A DNA stretch of 64,000 nt from Eledone cirrhosa. Taxonomy: Eukaryota. The position numbers and the translations under genes are program-made. Each line of letters starts with the position of its first letter. The first letter of the stretch is position 1. This document shows positions 38,830 through 55,119 of this stretch, piece after piece. Location: the NCBI GenBank assembly GCA_964016885.1, contig OZ024741.1, forward strand, positions 182,218,001 through 182,282,000, read 5' to 3'. The notes under the pieces are model-generated. The model was not told the origin of the DNA, searched no databases, and saw only the letters and a list, made by a program, of their open reading frames with translations.

Positions 38830-41810
38830 GGCCTGCAATTTTGGAGGAGGGAAATTCAATTATATAGACCCTTTATTTGACAGGTACTTTGTTTTTATCA
38901 AACCTAGAAGCATAAAATGTGGGATTTGAACTCAGAACGTAAAGAGCAGGATCAAATACCACAATATATTTTATCCGATGTTCTAACGATCCACTACCCT
39001 TATAATGTATATATAACATAACGTAAATGATCTAGAACATTCTGTATAATGTATATATGATGTAATGTAATGGTGTAAGTTGGCAATCTAAACTATGAAA
39101 ACGAGATTAAAATCGGCTACACTTAAATCGAATACCAGATATGGATGGCAAAAGTAAATATAACAATGTTTTCCTAGATGTGAAAGATACATGACAATTA
39201 AACACACCGGGCTCTACTCTTTGATTGATATGATAACATTACATAACTAACGAACATCACAGTAAAGACAAGAAATAAAACAAACACAACTAGATACAAT
39301 AAAAATAACTTCCATATCGTCTTAAAATGAATATAACCACCAACAACAATCATGATTTCTAATCTAGACTCAAGGCCGGAATTTTGTTGGGTGGGGAAAT
39401 CTGATTATATAGACCCAGTATATGACTAGTTCTTTTTTATCGGCCCTGAAAAAATGAACGGCAAAGTTGAGCTCGGCAAGGTATGAATTCAGACCGTAAA
39501 GAGTCAGATCAACTACTAAAAAGTATTCTGTCCGACTAACTAACGATTTTGCCAAACCGCCACCAACAATAACAATTGATTCTACATTTGGCATAACTCC
39601 AGCAATTTAAAAAGAAAGGAAGAGTCGATTACACTGACTCGGTGGTTTAGTGATAGTTTATTTTATCCTACCCGCAAGGGTAAAAGCCAGAACTAACCCT
39701 GGCGGGATTTGAACTCAGGAAGTAAAAGACTAAGTTCAAATCGGCCGGTTCATTATGTTATTATTGAATCCCGCCGAGGTTAGCGTTGCTTTTCATCCTT
39801 GCGAGGTCGATAAAAAAAGAAGCACCAGTATTGCACTCGGGTCGATTTAATCGATTTTTCCCTTCCCGCAAAATTGCTGGCCTTGTGCCTATAGTAGAAA
39901 TAATTGTTTCTACTTTAGGCACAAGGCCAGCAATTATCCCAGTGTATTACTGGTGCTTTATTTTATCGACCCCGTAAGGATGAAAGGCAAAGTCAACCTC
40001 GGCGGGATTTGAACTCAGATCGTAAAGGGACGTAACTATGCTGGAAAGCATGGCGTCCGACCCTCTACCGATAGTAGAAATAATAATGATTATTATTATT
40101 TCTAATAGAGGCACAAAGCCAAAAATTTGAAAGGAGGGGTTAGGGTTTGATTGAAATCGGTGGGATTTGAATTCAGAAATTAAAAAGACGGAAAAAATTA
40201 TGCAAGGTATTATTTTGTCCGAAGTTCCACAGGGTTTGCTAACAGTGAAACAAGGCCAGGAATTTATGAAAAGAGAAAATGGATTATATCAACCTTAGTA
40301 CTTAAGTGGTACTTTATTTTATCAGCTCCGGAAGAATGACAGGTAAAGTTAATCTCGACTGGATTTGAATGCAGAATGTAGGTCGCCGCAACGAAATACT
40401 GGAAAGTATTTCATCCGACACACTACCTATTCTGCTAGTCCACTGTCATAATGATGGTAATAATAATTGTTTCTACTGTTGGCACAAGGCCAGCAATTAT
40501 CCCAATGCATTACTGGTACTTTATCTTATCGACCTCGTATGGATGAAAGGCAAAGTTAACCTCGGCGGGATTTGAGCTCAGATCATAAAGAGCCGTAACT
40601 CTATGCTGCAAAGCATGGCGTCCGACCCTCTACCGATACTGCTAATCCAGATGGTAATAATAATGGTTTCTGATTTAGTTACAAGGCCAACTATTTTGGC
40701 AGAGGGGAAAGTCGATTAAATCAACCACATTGCCTTACTGGTGCTATATTTTATCAACCACGTAAGGAAGAAAGACAAAGCTAACCTCGTGGGTTTTGAA
40801 ATCAAAAGAACAGTAAATGATGGTAATAATAATGGTTTCTGATTTAGGCACAAGGCCAGACATTTTGGGGGAGGGGAAGGTCGATTAAATCGACCCTAGT
40901 GCGTGACTGGTTCTTTATTTTATCGACCCCGTAAGGATGAAAGGCAAAGTTAACCTCGGCGGGATTTAAACTCAGACCGTAAAGGACCGTAACTCTATGT
41001 TGCAATGCATGGCATCCAACTCTCTATCCATACTGCCGATCCACCGGTGATAATAATGGTTTCTTATATAGGCACAAGGCCAGCAATTTTAGGGAACGGG
41101 AAAGTCGATTAAATAGACCCCAGTGTGGATGAAAGGCAAAGTTAACCTCGGTGGGATTTGAACTCAGATCATAAAGGGCCGTAACTCTATGCTGCAAAGC
41201 ATGGCGTCCGACCCTCTCCCAATAATAATGACAGTTATTATAGATAACCCTATGAAAATTCTACGACTTCAAAACAGCCTAGTATACTTCAGAGCAAATA
41301 ATTTGATAATGAAAGAGATTGAAATATATTGTTTCGTTTCTCTCAAGTTGGTCGTATTACGTTATAATTCTAATGAATAGTATGTAATTACATGTTACTT
41401 TTCATTTGTGACATGTATTTGTGACTTACGTATCTTCATATTAACACCATCATTTAACACACACATACACCTCCATTAACCAACACTCCTTCCGATAACG
41501 CCACAACTTTAACATTTATTACAGTACTCAATACATCACATATGTGTTGGTTTGTGTGCGCATTTGAACGTTTCCTCTCATTGCTGCCACCTTCCTTTCG
41601 ATAAACATCACTCTTTCTTGACCCAGTATGTGACTGGTACTCCGTAAGGATCAAAGGCAAAGTTAACCTCGGCTGGATATGAACACAGATCATAGAGGGC
41701 CGGAACTTTATGCTGCAAAGCATGGTGTCCCACCCTCTACCGATGCTGATAATCCATCGCCCTCATTTTGTATAATAATTGTTTCTACTTTAGGCACAAG
41801 GCCAGTCATT
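38830..41810 (-). mobile_element. Stack of about 14 dominant-family SINE copies and fragments
   Basis: Repeated GCACAAGGCCAG...TTTATCGACCCC...GGCAAAGTTAACCTCGGCGGGATTTGAACTCAG units; one + copy at ~39765-39900. Confidence 0.88.
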
Positions 41811-42320
41811 TTGTATAATAATAATAACAGTAATAAGAGATATAGGTGTTTGTGTGGGGGAGTATGTGAGGGCGTGTGTAACATTATGTGATATCTGTGT
41901 TTTCCTTTAGGGTATTCGATGCACAGAAAAAGGAGATTCCAGCTTTGAAATCTGTAAATTTAAAACAAAAACAAACATTATAAAGCGTTCTCAGTAGCAA
42001 ACAAGATAAAGTGGTTCGTAAATCTTGCTACTTTTATATTGAAGAATAAAACAAAATCGGTAGCATTTAAACTAACTTGAAGCTCTTGGGATGTAAAGCA
42101 AAGGTGCCTCGAGATTTCACATCCTTTCGACAAGGCACATAGCAAATAATTTATCTAATCTTTTCATGTACGTTTAAGTTTATTTTAAGATTTGGGTTAA
42201 ACATGTTTAAATTGCTATTCTTACATTTTGTTTTGTGCACACTAAACTATAATGTAGTGACTGATTGTTTTATGACACTGTATATTAGAATGGCTCTATT
42301 ACAAATGGAGAAGTGTGTGT

Positions 42321-42405
<85 letters not shown>

Positions 42406-43964
42406 CTACATGTTTTATTCAGTAGACTGCAACCATTGAGGGGGCACCAACCTAAAGACAATTAGTCAATACCACTCTGTCAAATGCCTTTACCTTACCT
42501 TCAAGCCAACCAACCCAAGCCTTGTGAATGGAATTGGGTAAACGGAAACTGTATGGAAAATAATCTGATAGATTGTTTCTGTATTTCAATGCTCCAGCCT
42601 GGTCATATATTGTGTAACACCGATTCGGTTTTGAAGCTATCTTAAAAGGACACGTGTCTGTGAAATACACAACGACCTGCACGTTAATATAAGTTAATAG
42701 ACGTTTGGTTGACTGAACTAAATGGTCGTCATCGACACCGATAGAGGCTCTATCATATAATAATTCTCTTTAACATTGGAGGGAGAAAGTCGATTATATC
42801 GACCCCGGGAAGGATGAAATCGTCGGCGGGATTCTAAGTCAGGACGAAGAAACTTGTAACTAAATGCTGCAAAGCATTTTGTTCAACACTCTACCGATAC
42901 TGGCAATCAACGGCCCTCAATCCATCATAGAATATTACAAAGTAATATGTACAGACCTGCAAACCTCTAAAAACTCAAACGGGGAGTACCATGAGAAAAG
43001 ATGCCTCAAAATGGAGAGAATGAGGCAAAATGGGATTTTACATAATGAAAGCTATACGCATTTTCACAAAAGCGGAGAGACAGGGAGAAATGAGCCAAAA
43101 CGGTAAGATCTCCCTGTCGGACGTGGAGAGTTGACAGGTTTGATGTGTGTCGAGTTTGAATCTACATATCGATCTTAATGGTTTGGTGACGATAATGGTG
43201 GATGCAGTGTGTTAAATTGTAAATAGATCCTTTCTTGTTAAACAATCTAGTCTAAATGAAGAGAAGAGATCCACTGTGGAATATATGAAATATTTATTAG
43301 AGGAGTTGTGGGTTGTTGAAACTTAATTGTTGATGAAAAGTCCCAAGTAAAAAAAAAGGAAATTTACAGCTCACACCTATGTAGGTTTAATTGACTTCTT
43401 ACGACATTGTGTCGCATAGGAGATTTCTCGATTATTTGAATCATAGGGGTCCAATCTTATGAAAATCACTAAAAAATGAAGTTTTTTGCTCAAAGACACA
43501 ACAGCATGCCAAGCATTCTGGGAATCGATCCCACGAACTTATGACTGTGAATCAAACTCCCTAAATACAGGGCCACGCGCCACCACCCCACAAATTTCCC
43601 AAGAGCTGTAAGTTTGTTTTGCTTTTTTTTCTCTTTTCTGTTATATTCACTTTGTTTCAGACACCTTTTTGTTTATAGAAATGAAATATGTAGCATGCAT
43701 TGCTACTCATATAGATCTGAGACTACCATAAACCAGTTAATAGAAATATTGGCGGTTGCTATGCTGGTTGCCATTTTGATCTTCGAATGCTGCTTTGTCA
43801 CTGTGAAACTAAATAAATCTATTCAATTCTCTCGATGTCTAACAGAGCATTCATTTTCCACTACCAGCCTAATGGGCGGTCGTCTTCATTTTACTCTTGT
43901 TTCATTTCATACGCGACCCGCTTCACAGTTGCAATGGAAATTTATAAATGTTGTTTTTTTGCAT

Positions 43965-44055
<91 letters not shown>

Positions 44056-44091
44056 CACACACACACACACGTGCACACACACACAAACACA

Positions 44092-44153
<62 letters not shown>

Positions 44154-44198
44154 CTCTCTCTCTATCTCTCTCTCTCGCGCGCGCGCTATCTATCTATC

Positions 44199-46704
44199 TT
44201 TAACGAATGGTAATAATGTAAAGTTAGAATGGTTATATATGGTTATTTGTTGATGTGGTTATAACAAAGTTGTTAGATGAAATAACTATAATAAGTATAA
44301 ATGTAATAACGAGAATATAATGAATGTAATAATAATTGATTTGGTTATATATAGTTTACTTCCCGTGAATCAATTAAAAAGTACATATAAAACCAAGAGT
44401 TGTTAACGTTGTTATTGTTTCTGATGTGACGCTTTTGTAGTCTGTTGTTGTTGTTGGTGGTGTGAAAGCAGCGAGCGACAGATAATTGTTGTTGTTGTTG
44501 GAATTTGGAGACCGTGGTAGTAGTTGTGAGACCGTGTTAGTAAGAGAGAGAGAGATATGGTATGTATATCTCTGAATGGTCTGTAGTAACTGTGAACTGC
44601 CGTGGCCTGCATACAGCGGTGAATCTTCCACATTTGTGTTCTGTAGTAGTAAGGTTCCAATCGCTCTGGGTGTATCTGTAGACCTCATGGGGTCTGTTGA
44701 ATAGTGGTGAATCTTTACATAGCTTGTTCTGTAGTGGGGTGCTCCGATGTCTCTGTGCTTGATAGCTTGATACAGGCTCTATATATAGCTGTCACTTCCT
44801 GTCCCCCAACCTGAGGGGGATAGCCCACGCATGAACTTGTTAACACAATAAATGTGGTGACTTAAAATTTGATCTTTAGGTATCACCCAAAGTTCAAGGC
44901 GCGGACAGATTTCGCTACATTAGTACCCAGATCGATGCTAGAGCAGCGATTGATTATAAAAGGTGTAGCGGAATCTGATTCCTAGAAACGTGTCCCAAAA
45001 CACACAAAATGTGGGTACTGCGCCCGCACTTCGAGTGTAGAGAAATTTGGAGAGAGAAAAAAAAATAGTATAACTGAGTATGCATGTGTGTGTGTGTAAC
45101 ATTTAGAAGGAACTGTAAAAATACAAAGTTGTGATCATGTATTTCGAACTGTTGTGTATGGATGGATGGGTTACGGTATCGGATTACGATATGACAACAC
45201 AGAGGACTATTTCTCTCGATGTATCATCACACGTAAGATTCTATTCAGTGAGTCGAGGTTTATGCTATGGCATGAGTGTGTGCAATTTTGAGTTGCCTGC
45301 TCAGTGAGTTGAGCAATTAAGTAACCGTGGTTTGATTATCATGTGTTAAATAACTATTGTCGAACCTTGACCAATTGAATCTCGATGTATTATCATACGT
45401 AAGATTCTCTTCCCGTGAGTCGCGGTTTATGCTATGACATGAGTGTGTGCTCAGTGAGTCGAGCTAAAAGTAACCGTTGGCTGATTATGATTGTGTTTCA
45501 TAGCTTTCGCCGTACCTTGACCAGTCGAAAAGTGATCCCGCAGAGACCCAACCGAATCCAGAATATACCACAGACAAAAACATGTTGGTGTGTGACAAGG
45601 AAAATGATGTGTGTTTGATGTAAAACGTGTTATTAATACAGGCATATAATACAGTAAAACGAATAATAAAAATATATATATATAAATGACATTCATATAT
45701 AACCTGTAAAAAAAATAAAAAATAAAAATATTTTTTATAATTGTTCTTTTAAAAAAAAAAAGTTCGATTTTCTCTTCCCAATGTGATGGTTTTCTTGCTA
45801 GGAAGCTTGTAGTATTGTTTATTGTAGGTTATGAAGCAAGTGAAGTGTTTGGTAGCTGTATATTGCTGAGGTTGGCAAATAAAGCCATGATCAGATCAAA
45901 TAGGCTGCGTGTTATATTAATTTTATTTTAAATACCACTTCGTTATTGTTTTTTTTTTTTTTTTAAAACGTCAGGTCACCAATTTAACGGATGTAATAAT
46001 GTAAAGTTAGAATGGTTATATATGGTTATTTGTTGATGTGATTATAAAAAAGTTGTTAGATGAAATAACTATAATAATAAGTATAAATGTAATAACGAGA
46101 ATATAAGGAATGTAATAATAATTGATTTGGTTATATATAGTTTCACTTCACGTGAATCAATTAAAAAGTACATATAAAACAGTTACCAAGAGTTGTTAAC
46201 GTTGTTATTGTTTCTGATGTGAGGCTGCTGTAGTCTGTTGTTGTTGTTGGTGGTGTGAAAGCAGCGAGCGACAGATAATTGTTGTTGTTGGAATTTGGTG
46301 ACCGTGGTAGTAGTTGTGAGACCGTGTTAGTAAGAGAGAGAGAGATATGGTATGTATATCTCTGAATGGTCTGTAGTAACTGTGAACTGCCGTGGCCTGC
46401 ATACAGCGGTGAATCTTCCACATTTGTGTTCTGTAGTAGTAAGGTTCCAATCGCTCTGGGTGTATCTGTAGACCTCATGGGGTCTGTTGAATAGTGGTGA
46501 ATCTTTATATAGCTTGTTCTGTAGTGGGGTGCTCCGATGTCTCTTGATAGCTTGATACAGGCTCTATATATAGCTGTCACTTCCTGTCCCCCAACCTGAG
46601 GGGGACAGCCCACGCATGAACTTGTTAACATAATAAATGTGGTGACCTAAAATTTGATCTTTAGGTATCACCCAAAGTTCAAGGCGCAGACAGATTTCGC
46701 TACA

Positions 46705-46705
<1 letters not shown>
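44199..46705 (+). mobile_element. Non-autonomous LTR-like element (two ~720-bp direct repeats) in (TATC)n
   Basis: 44199-44920 closely matches 45983-46705; TGTA...TACA ends on the right copy; TATA-like and AATAAA motifs inside; ~1.06-kb non-coding interior. Confidence 0.75.
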
Positions 46706-46747
<42 letters not shown>

Positions 46748-47479
46748 TTGTCTGTCTCAGTGACATCATTCATAATAGTTATTTTATTCCACACTCACTG
46801 AGTTTCTGTAGCTTATAACAGACGACTTTTGTGCGCACGAAAGTTCTACGTAGGACATCGTTTAACTATTTCGCTTTACTTTAAAATATTGTATTACGGT
46901 GTCTTTGAGAATCCATTATCTTATCCTAATGTTTATATTTCGGATTCGAGTTTGTTACTATTGGTGCTGGACTAAATGTGCTCTGCCCGGTGTTGTAAGA
47001 AAATTATTTAACAAAGTGATATGATGCTTTCTTTTGGCAATGCAGATCATTGCTGGAGTAATATCAAATTAATGAAATCGATCGCTTTTACTGTGTTTAT
47101 TGTGTTGCCAAATTGTTGAAACATAAAATCGACTTCAGTAGAAATTGAAACCAAATAAAACTGAAATTCGTAGATCATACATGTAAAGTTGCACATCATA
47201 AGAGATTTCTCAGGTGTGTTTTTTTTATGGTTTTTGTTTTTCTAATGATGAAATGCCCCAGGGCTATCATGAAAAGCAGCGTAAAATAGAGTGTTTTCCT
47301 CAATAATACAACACTCCAACTGATCCAAGAATTATACCCCACGACCTTATGATACTGGGCCCATTACACTAACTACGAGGTCACGAATTTCACAGAAAGA
47401 TTTGGATTTAAAGTAATCTAACTACCGTTTATTCTCAAATTTAAGTAGGGAATATTTTCGAAAATACAACACACATACG

Positions 47480-47517
<38 letters not shown>

Positions 47518-47707
47518 TTAATGTGAAACGATTTAAACATTGTCTTTATGAAATCATTGAGATTTTTAAAGGAAACTGTAAAGATTCTCGAGTATTTTGA
47601 TTAACATGAAAAGCAACCTATCACTTTTGAGATTTAGTTTTCGAAACTAAGCCTCATAGTCAAATTAATACAATTACAGCAGTGTATATAGAATCCGAAC
47701 TTCAACC

Positions 47708-47925
<218 letters not shown>

Positions 47926-48524
47926 CTGTCTGTCTGTCTGTCTATGTCTGTCTGTGTGTCTGTGTCTGTGTCTGTGTCTGTGTGTGTCTGTCTGTCTGTG
48001 TGCTGCGTGTGCATGTATACATATTTTAAACACATCATTCTTTGCTATATATCATATTTACTAAAGCCTTAACATATTGATATCCTGCACACCGTTCATT
48101 ATGTTAGAAATGCCGTGCCGTGTGTGTGTGCGACGAATGGTTGGAGTTGAAAGAGAATGCTTTTAAGATATGGCTTTGATCTCCTCTCTTTACAACAGCC
48201 ATGCTTTTCATTCAGTACTTTCGTTCTTGTTGTTTTTGATTTTTGTCTCGTTAACAGTTAGCAGCCATTGAAGTCGGTGAATGACTTGAAAGTAACAAGA
48301 TAAAAGAATATTCCACTGAGAAACTCCAGACAATTATTCTTTTATTCTTTTACTGGTTTCAGTCATTAGACTGCGGTCAAACTGGAGCTCGAACATCGAG
48401 GTACTTAGTAGATCACATTGGTCCCAGTAAATTTTTGAAGTCTGATACTTATTTTCTCGATTTCATTTTGTCAGAACAGTAATTTACGGGATAGACACAG
48501 TCGGAAACACAGAGGAGCACGCGA

Positions 48525-48557
<33 letters not shown>

Positions 48558-49059
48558 TATATATATATATATATATATATATGATCATCATCATCATCGC
48601 CCGTGTGAACGTGGGTCCGTTTTGTATTAAAAAATTAGAAAACGAACACCCACAAAACTATATATTCATTACATTACCGGACGAGTAATGCTAGAAAAGG
48701 TTTTGCTTTAAAAAGCAAGCATTATATTTTAATATAGTTGTTTATATTTAGTTGTTTATATAACTGAGAGAACTGGAAATAGAGAAAGAGATAGTGAACG
48801 AAAGAACATATTCGCTCACATACACTCTCTTTTCTTCTCTTCCACCCATTATCCCCACTCAATCTCTGATTTGGAGCAATTCCTTACGCTTTCATTAAAA
48901 AACATTTCATTAAAAAAGGGGACACTCTACGCACATAGGTATGTACGTAAATATGTATGGTTGCGAGGTGGGGATGCACACGTTATACCATTTTTGCTCG
49001 CTCACACGCACGCACACATACATATTAAACTATATATATTTTCGTGTCATCATATTCCT

Positions 49060-49610
49060 TTTGGTTAGTCTGGACGGAAAGGGGTATACCTAAGACACTT
49101 GCAGGTCCTCTTAAGCCAATGTAGGCTATGAGAGGAGGAGTGCTGAATGAGGTGAAAGTGTGTGAAAGTTGAACGAGGTCAGCTAGTTCCAAGTATCAGA
49201 GGCCATTATAATATCAGTTTAAAAGGTAGCTAGAAGAGACAGAACATCTATAAGCCAGAGACCGAAATGTGTCTGTCAGTGACTGTAAGCCAATCTGACG
49301 AATGACCTTTTTCTGGATGCGGTCTAGTATGTTTGTGTCCGTGGCAGCAGAACCACCCCAGATGTGTGAGCAACACTCCATTATGAGTTTTACTTGAGCT
49401 TTGTAAAGTATCAGGAGTTAAATACTGAAGTAATTTCTAGCTCTGAAGAGAAGAGCGACTCCATTAGATACAGCTTTAGCTCTGTTTAGGATGTGAGTTC
49501 AAATTGAAAAATCTTTAGTGAGAGCAGAGGTTAGCATTTAAAGAGAACGTAAAGACCCTAACTGCGTGCTGCCGTGTTTATGGGCGGTGAGGTACGATGA
49601 TGGTTTAGTT
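49060..49610 (-). pseudogene. CR1/Jockey-group LINE C-terminal remnant
   Basis: LFRARNYFS..LLILYKAQVKLIMECCSHIWGG...LDRIQKKVIR. Confidence 0.75.
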
Positions 49611-49827
49611 CTATACAGATACATTCAACAAAAGAGCAATAACAATAAAAATTAATCATATCTTTCACTGATTAGGTTTCAGTCATTTGACCTGACTGCG
49701 GTTATATTGGAGTAACGTCTTAAAGATTTTTCAGTGACTAGATCGATCTCAGTATTTATTTCCATCTATTATTTATTTCCACCTCTACAAGATAAAATGA
49801 ATAACACTTGCATGGACACACTGCATA

Positions 49828-49897
<70 letters not shown>

Positions 49898-50183
49898 CAC
49901 ACACACACATATACACTGAATATCAGTATATGATTTTGCAGGGTTGCAGTAATTTTCCAGGAAATTATGCTGCATACGAGTCATCCTCAAGAACATCAGG
50001 TACTCCTGTTTGTATGCATATATATTGTAATTTGAAGCATTTTAAACAGAATAACTGTTGTTAATCAATACAGAACAACAACAATGGTTTACATTTTCAT
50101 ATTGTATTTCCATATTTTGGGCTTAAAAGACCCTTATCTGAAAATGTTGAACAAGGTAATTCCCTTCTGTACTCATCAAAATA

Positions 50184-50367
50184 ATTGTTTCTACATTTGG
50201 CACAAGGCCAGCAAATAGCCAGTGCATTACTGGTACTTTCTTTTATCGACCCCGTAAGGATGAAAGGCAAAGTCAACCTCGGCGGGATTTGAACTCAGAT
50301 CGTAAAGGGACGTAACTATGCTGGAAAGCATGGCGTCCGACCCTCTACCGATACTGCCAATCCACCG
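50184..50367 (-). mobile_element. Full-length young SINE with TSD
   Basis: Family match; TCAAAATAAT on both sides (50176, 50368). Confidence 0.9.
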
Positions 50368-52664
50368 TCAAAATAATAAAAGCAGTTATTTTTCAAATGC
50401 TACCATATGGGTGTTGGGTTATCATAGTCGAAGTAGTAGCATTAAATCAGTAGCATTATTAGCTCAGTTCATGTCGTTTTAGTTAATAGATGGATTTGAT
50501 ATATTAGTCAGGATGGCTTCTTTAATAATTACATCTCCGATATTCCACGCTTTGATAAGAACCGTGATATACCAGTTATGACATCTTTTCAGAAGGGCTT
50601 TCTTTTTTTTTTCTTTTTTTTAATGGAAGATGCATTTGTACAACTGTGCTCTTAAATACGTATGCGCAGATGCAAGTTGTGCTGCCGGGGAAAGATCCAC
50701 AACATTTATTACAAACTATACAGTATATTACGTAAGTCTCTAAACATTCATCCACAATGTTGATGAAGTACTTGACTAATGGGCAAATATTACTGCTGCG
50801 TGTAGGCCAAGCCTGAGACGGGCATTTCTTAGTGAAGGCTCAGAGCGTGTCAGTTGTATAGTTAAAACCTATCTACAGATCACTTGACGGGATGCAGTAG
50901 TTGTTCTATCATTGAAATGCGTCTGGCTCAAAAAGCAAGCTTTTTATCGGACGCATGGACCTTCTTTGTGTTTATATTATCAAGCCAGCGCCTAACAAAG
51001 AATGTTACGTAGCAAGCTATACATTAATACGCTTTGAAATTGTTTGGTGTTATCAGCTCTGCCTCATGCTTCACTGTAACTGTTTTATATGTGTGATATT
51101 ATATTATTTCTTATAGATAGATCGGATCTGTAATGTTCAAATAGAGACCATAGATAGTGTTGTAACTTTGCTGTAGAAGTTATTAACGCGACATTTTAAA
51201 GCTATGTCAAATGCGATGTTATTGGACGCGATAAGATGTGTGTGTGTGTTGTTTCCTCCTCAAATTCAACATTATCAAACTCGCCAACGTCAATCTGTAT
51301 TGTTTACGTCATCAACTGCAACTTCGCCATTCTCTTCGAGTTTTCTAAACTAAAATGTTGTGTTTATCAGTGGTGTTGTTCATCACTCATGATAGTCAAA
51401 GGAATAGAATTTCAAATGAAATTAAAAGAGTCAAATTATGATGCCGGTCGTACTGTAACTGAAATTGCCTCAATCATAGCTATTCATGGGACGAGTGTTC
51501 AAACATTTACACAAATATTCAAACAGGGAGGCAGTATGGAACAAAAGAATTGAGGTTCTCGAAACACTACAATTTCGAGTGAAGTAAAAAAAAATTGATA
51601 TAACTTTTTAAATCTTGTCCGACATGGGCTTTTTTAATTTTTTTTTTAGGATTTTAAAGTGTTGATAAATGCTTTAAAATTCTCCATTACATATTCAAGA
51701 TGTGTAAAGTGATTTGTGAAAAAAGTTTCACTTCAGAGAACATTACACGGAAAATACGTTATGCCAGAGAATTTCAAGATCTTTTGACAGAAATGTTTAA
51801 TGATGGGGTTGGGTTGAAAATTTGAACGAAATCTAACTGTGGATAAGTTTGAACGAAATCTAACATCGGTGAATGTCTTGTGAAGTGAGTGACAGAATTG
51901 TATTCCCAGAATGTAGGTGTCTATATGTTGTGCTATGAAAACAAATTGGAACATCTACGATAAACAGAGAACTGGTGACTTCAATTACTTACGCCTTTAC
52001 GATTACATCGACGCATTTCTTAATTGGATCGGAGAAAAACGATGAAAAATGTACAAAATATATGTATAAATTACGATAAAGTAAGGTGCAACAATTTTCA
52101 CCATACAAAACTTGCAATTCTTAAAGCACTCTAATGCTTACCTTATATTACAATTTCACGAAAGGTAATCACTGGAGTCAATGTCTGGTCATAAAAAAAA
52201 TCGCTTCATCCTAGTGACATTACGAAATAAAACCTGATTATGACGTAATCGAAACTAATGATAACGAATTTGAGATTAACGTTGACAACAGTGATGTTAT
52301 AAATGTCAAATTTAAAGAGAAACTGCACCAATCTGGATATAAATATACGCATTTTTAGAAATACGATTTTACCTGTAAATATATAAACGGATGAAAACAT
52401 TTAATCGATTTTCGAACCGAGTTGGGGCTTCATTAGAAGGTGTGTATATTATCTAATCAACCACAAGGAAACATCTATTTCATGTTCATATATATATATG
52501 TATATATATATATGTGTATATGTGTATATATATATATATGTGTGTGTGTATGTATATATATATATGTGTGTGTGTGTGCGTATGTATATATATGTGTATA
52601 TATATATATGTGTGCATATATATATATGTGTATGTGTATATATATGTATGTGTATATCTATATA

Positions 52665-52720
<56 letters not shown>

Positions 52721-52822
52721 AATAATGAGTCAAAACATAGCAAATATGCTTAGAATTTTATGTTTCTCAATGAGTAAGCTCACAAGACTTTGTCTAGAGC
52801 CATAATAAATCCAATGAAAAAG

Positions 52823-52948
52823 ATATATGTATATATATAGAGAGAGAGAGAAAGAGCCATATATCGTACAAGAAACACGGTATATCGTATATATACAATA
52901 TACTTGTACGATATACGGCTCTTTCTCTCTCTATATATATACATATAT
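52823..52948. repeat. Short fold-back inverted repeat
   Basis: Arms 52823-52872 / 52903-52948. Confidence 0.75.
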
Positions 52949-53003
52949 CATCTTTCTCATTTGGTCATATATACACACATACATACACACCTGTATATGT
53001 ATT

Positions 53004-53087
<84 letters not shown>

Positions 53088-53261
53088 TATATGAAACGAA
53101 AGGAGCTGTGTGGTTACTAAAAACAAGGTTTGGGATGGTGGTTAGGACAGAACAGGAGGAGAAAGGAAGAAAGGAGTTTCCATCGTCAGCTGTAAATGTA
53201 TCCCGATCCGATGTTTCGGCGCTGAATTACAGGACATCGGTGTAGTTCGGGTGCGCATACA

Positions 53262-53300
<39 letters not shown>

Positions 53301-53301
<1 letters not shown>

Positions 53302-53493
53302 TTTTAATATAGATGAGATTCTACAGGACTAGAACTGTTTCATTCTTTAGAAATCATCAGGAATCCTGATGATTTCTAAAGAATGAAACAGTTCTAGTCC
53401 TGTATAGTCTCATCTATATTAAAACTTTTATACTCTGCAATGTATTGAGTACCTTACTTACTGTGGTTACCTCCGATTCAACCCGGAATAACG
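53301..53493. mobile_element. Family A fold-back mini-element (two back-to-back hammerheads)
   Basis: Palindrome 53301-53425 centred at 53363, tail to 53493, (TA)n flanks. Confidence 0.88.
53316..53366 (-). ncRNA. Type I hammerhead ribozyme (family A)
   Basis: GGATTC-CTGATGA-TTTCTAAAGAAT-GAAA-CAG-TTCTAGTC-CTG-TA-GAATCT. Confidence 0.82.
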
Positions 53494-53921
53494 TATATAT
53501 ATATAAATATATATATATACAGTATATATATTGAAAAGGCTTAAACAAGGAAGCATTTTGTCTCGTGTATTACCCTTCAGGGTACATTCTGACTAAACAC
53601 ACGAAGATAAGTATGCACTGACATTTAAAAACACATTATCATTATATATATATATATACTGAAAAGAAAAAGAAGACTATATATATATTTACGCGTATAT
53701 CAGTGTTTGTGTGTGTGAGTTGTTGAGTCACTGCATAAGTACGTGCGTGTTTGGCATATTCATCTCTTTTGTCCACAGCTGCTCTTTCGCCTTTGTTTTC
53801 GCTACCATCTTTGATCAAACCTCTCGCACACATATATACAACGACCTACCTTCTTTCAGCAACCATATATACATATATGTATATGCATATAATCTACATG
53901 TATACATACATACATACATAT

Positions 53922-55119
<1,198 letters not shown>

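Noticed and set aside
44374-46631. Duplicated minus-strand ORFs (104 and 156 aa)
   Set aside because: They lie in the direct repeats, include microsatellite-coded N/T runs, differ by indels and show no recognisable domain.
51400-52050. Possible Tc1-like HTH remnant
   Set aside because: No TIRs or DDE motif recognised.
53170-53240. CTGACGA/GAAAC hammerhead-like words on minus (similar at 9430-9470 and 55235-55260)
   Set aside because: Could not build stems I-III convincingly.
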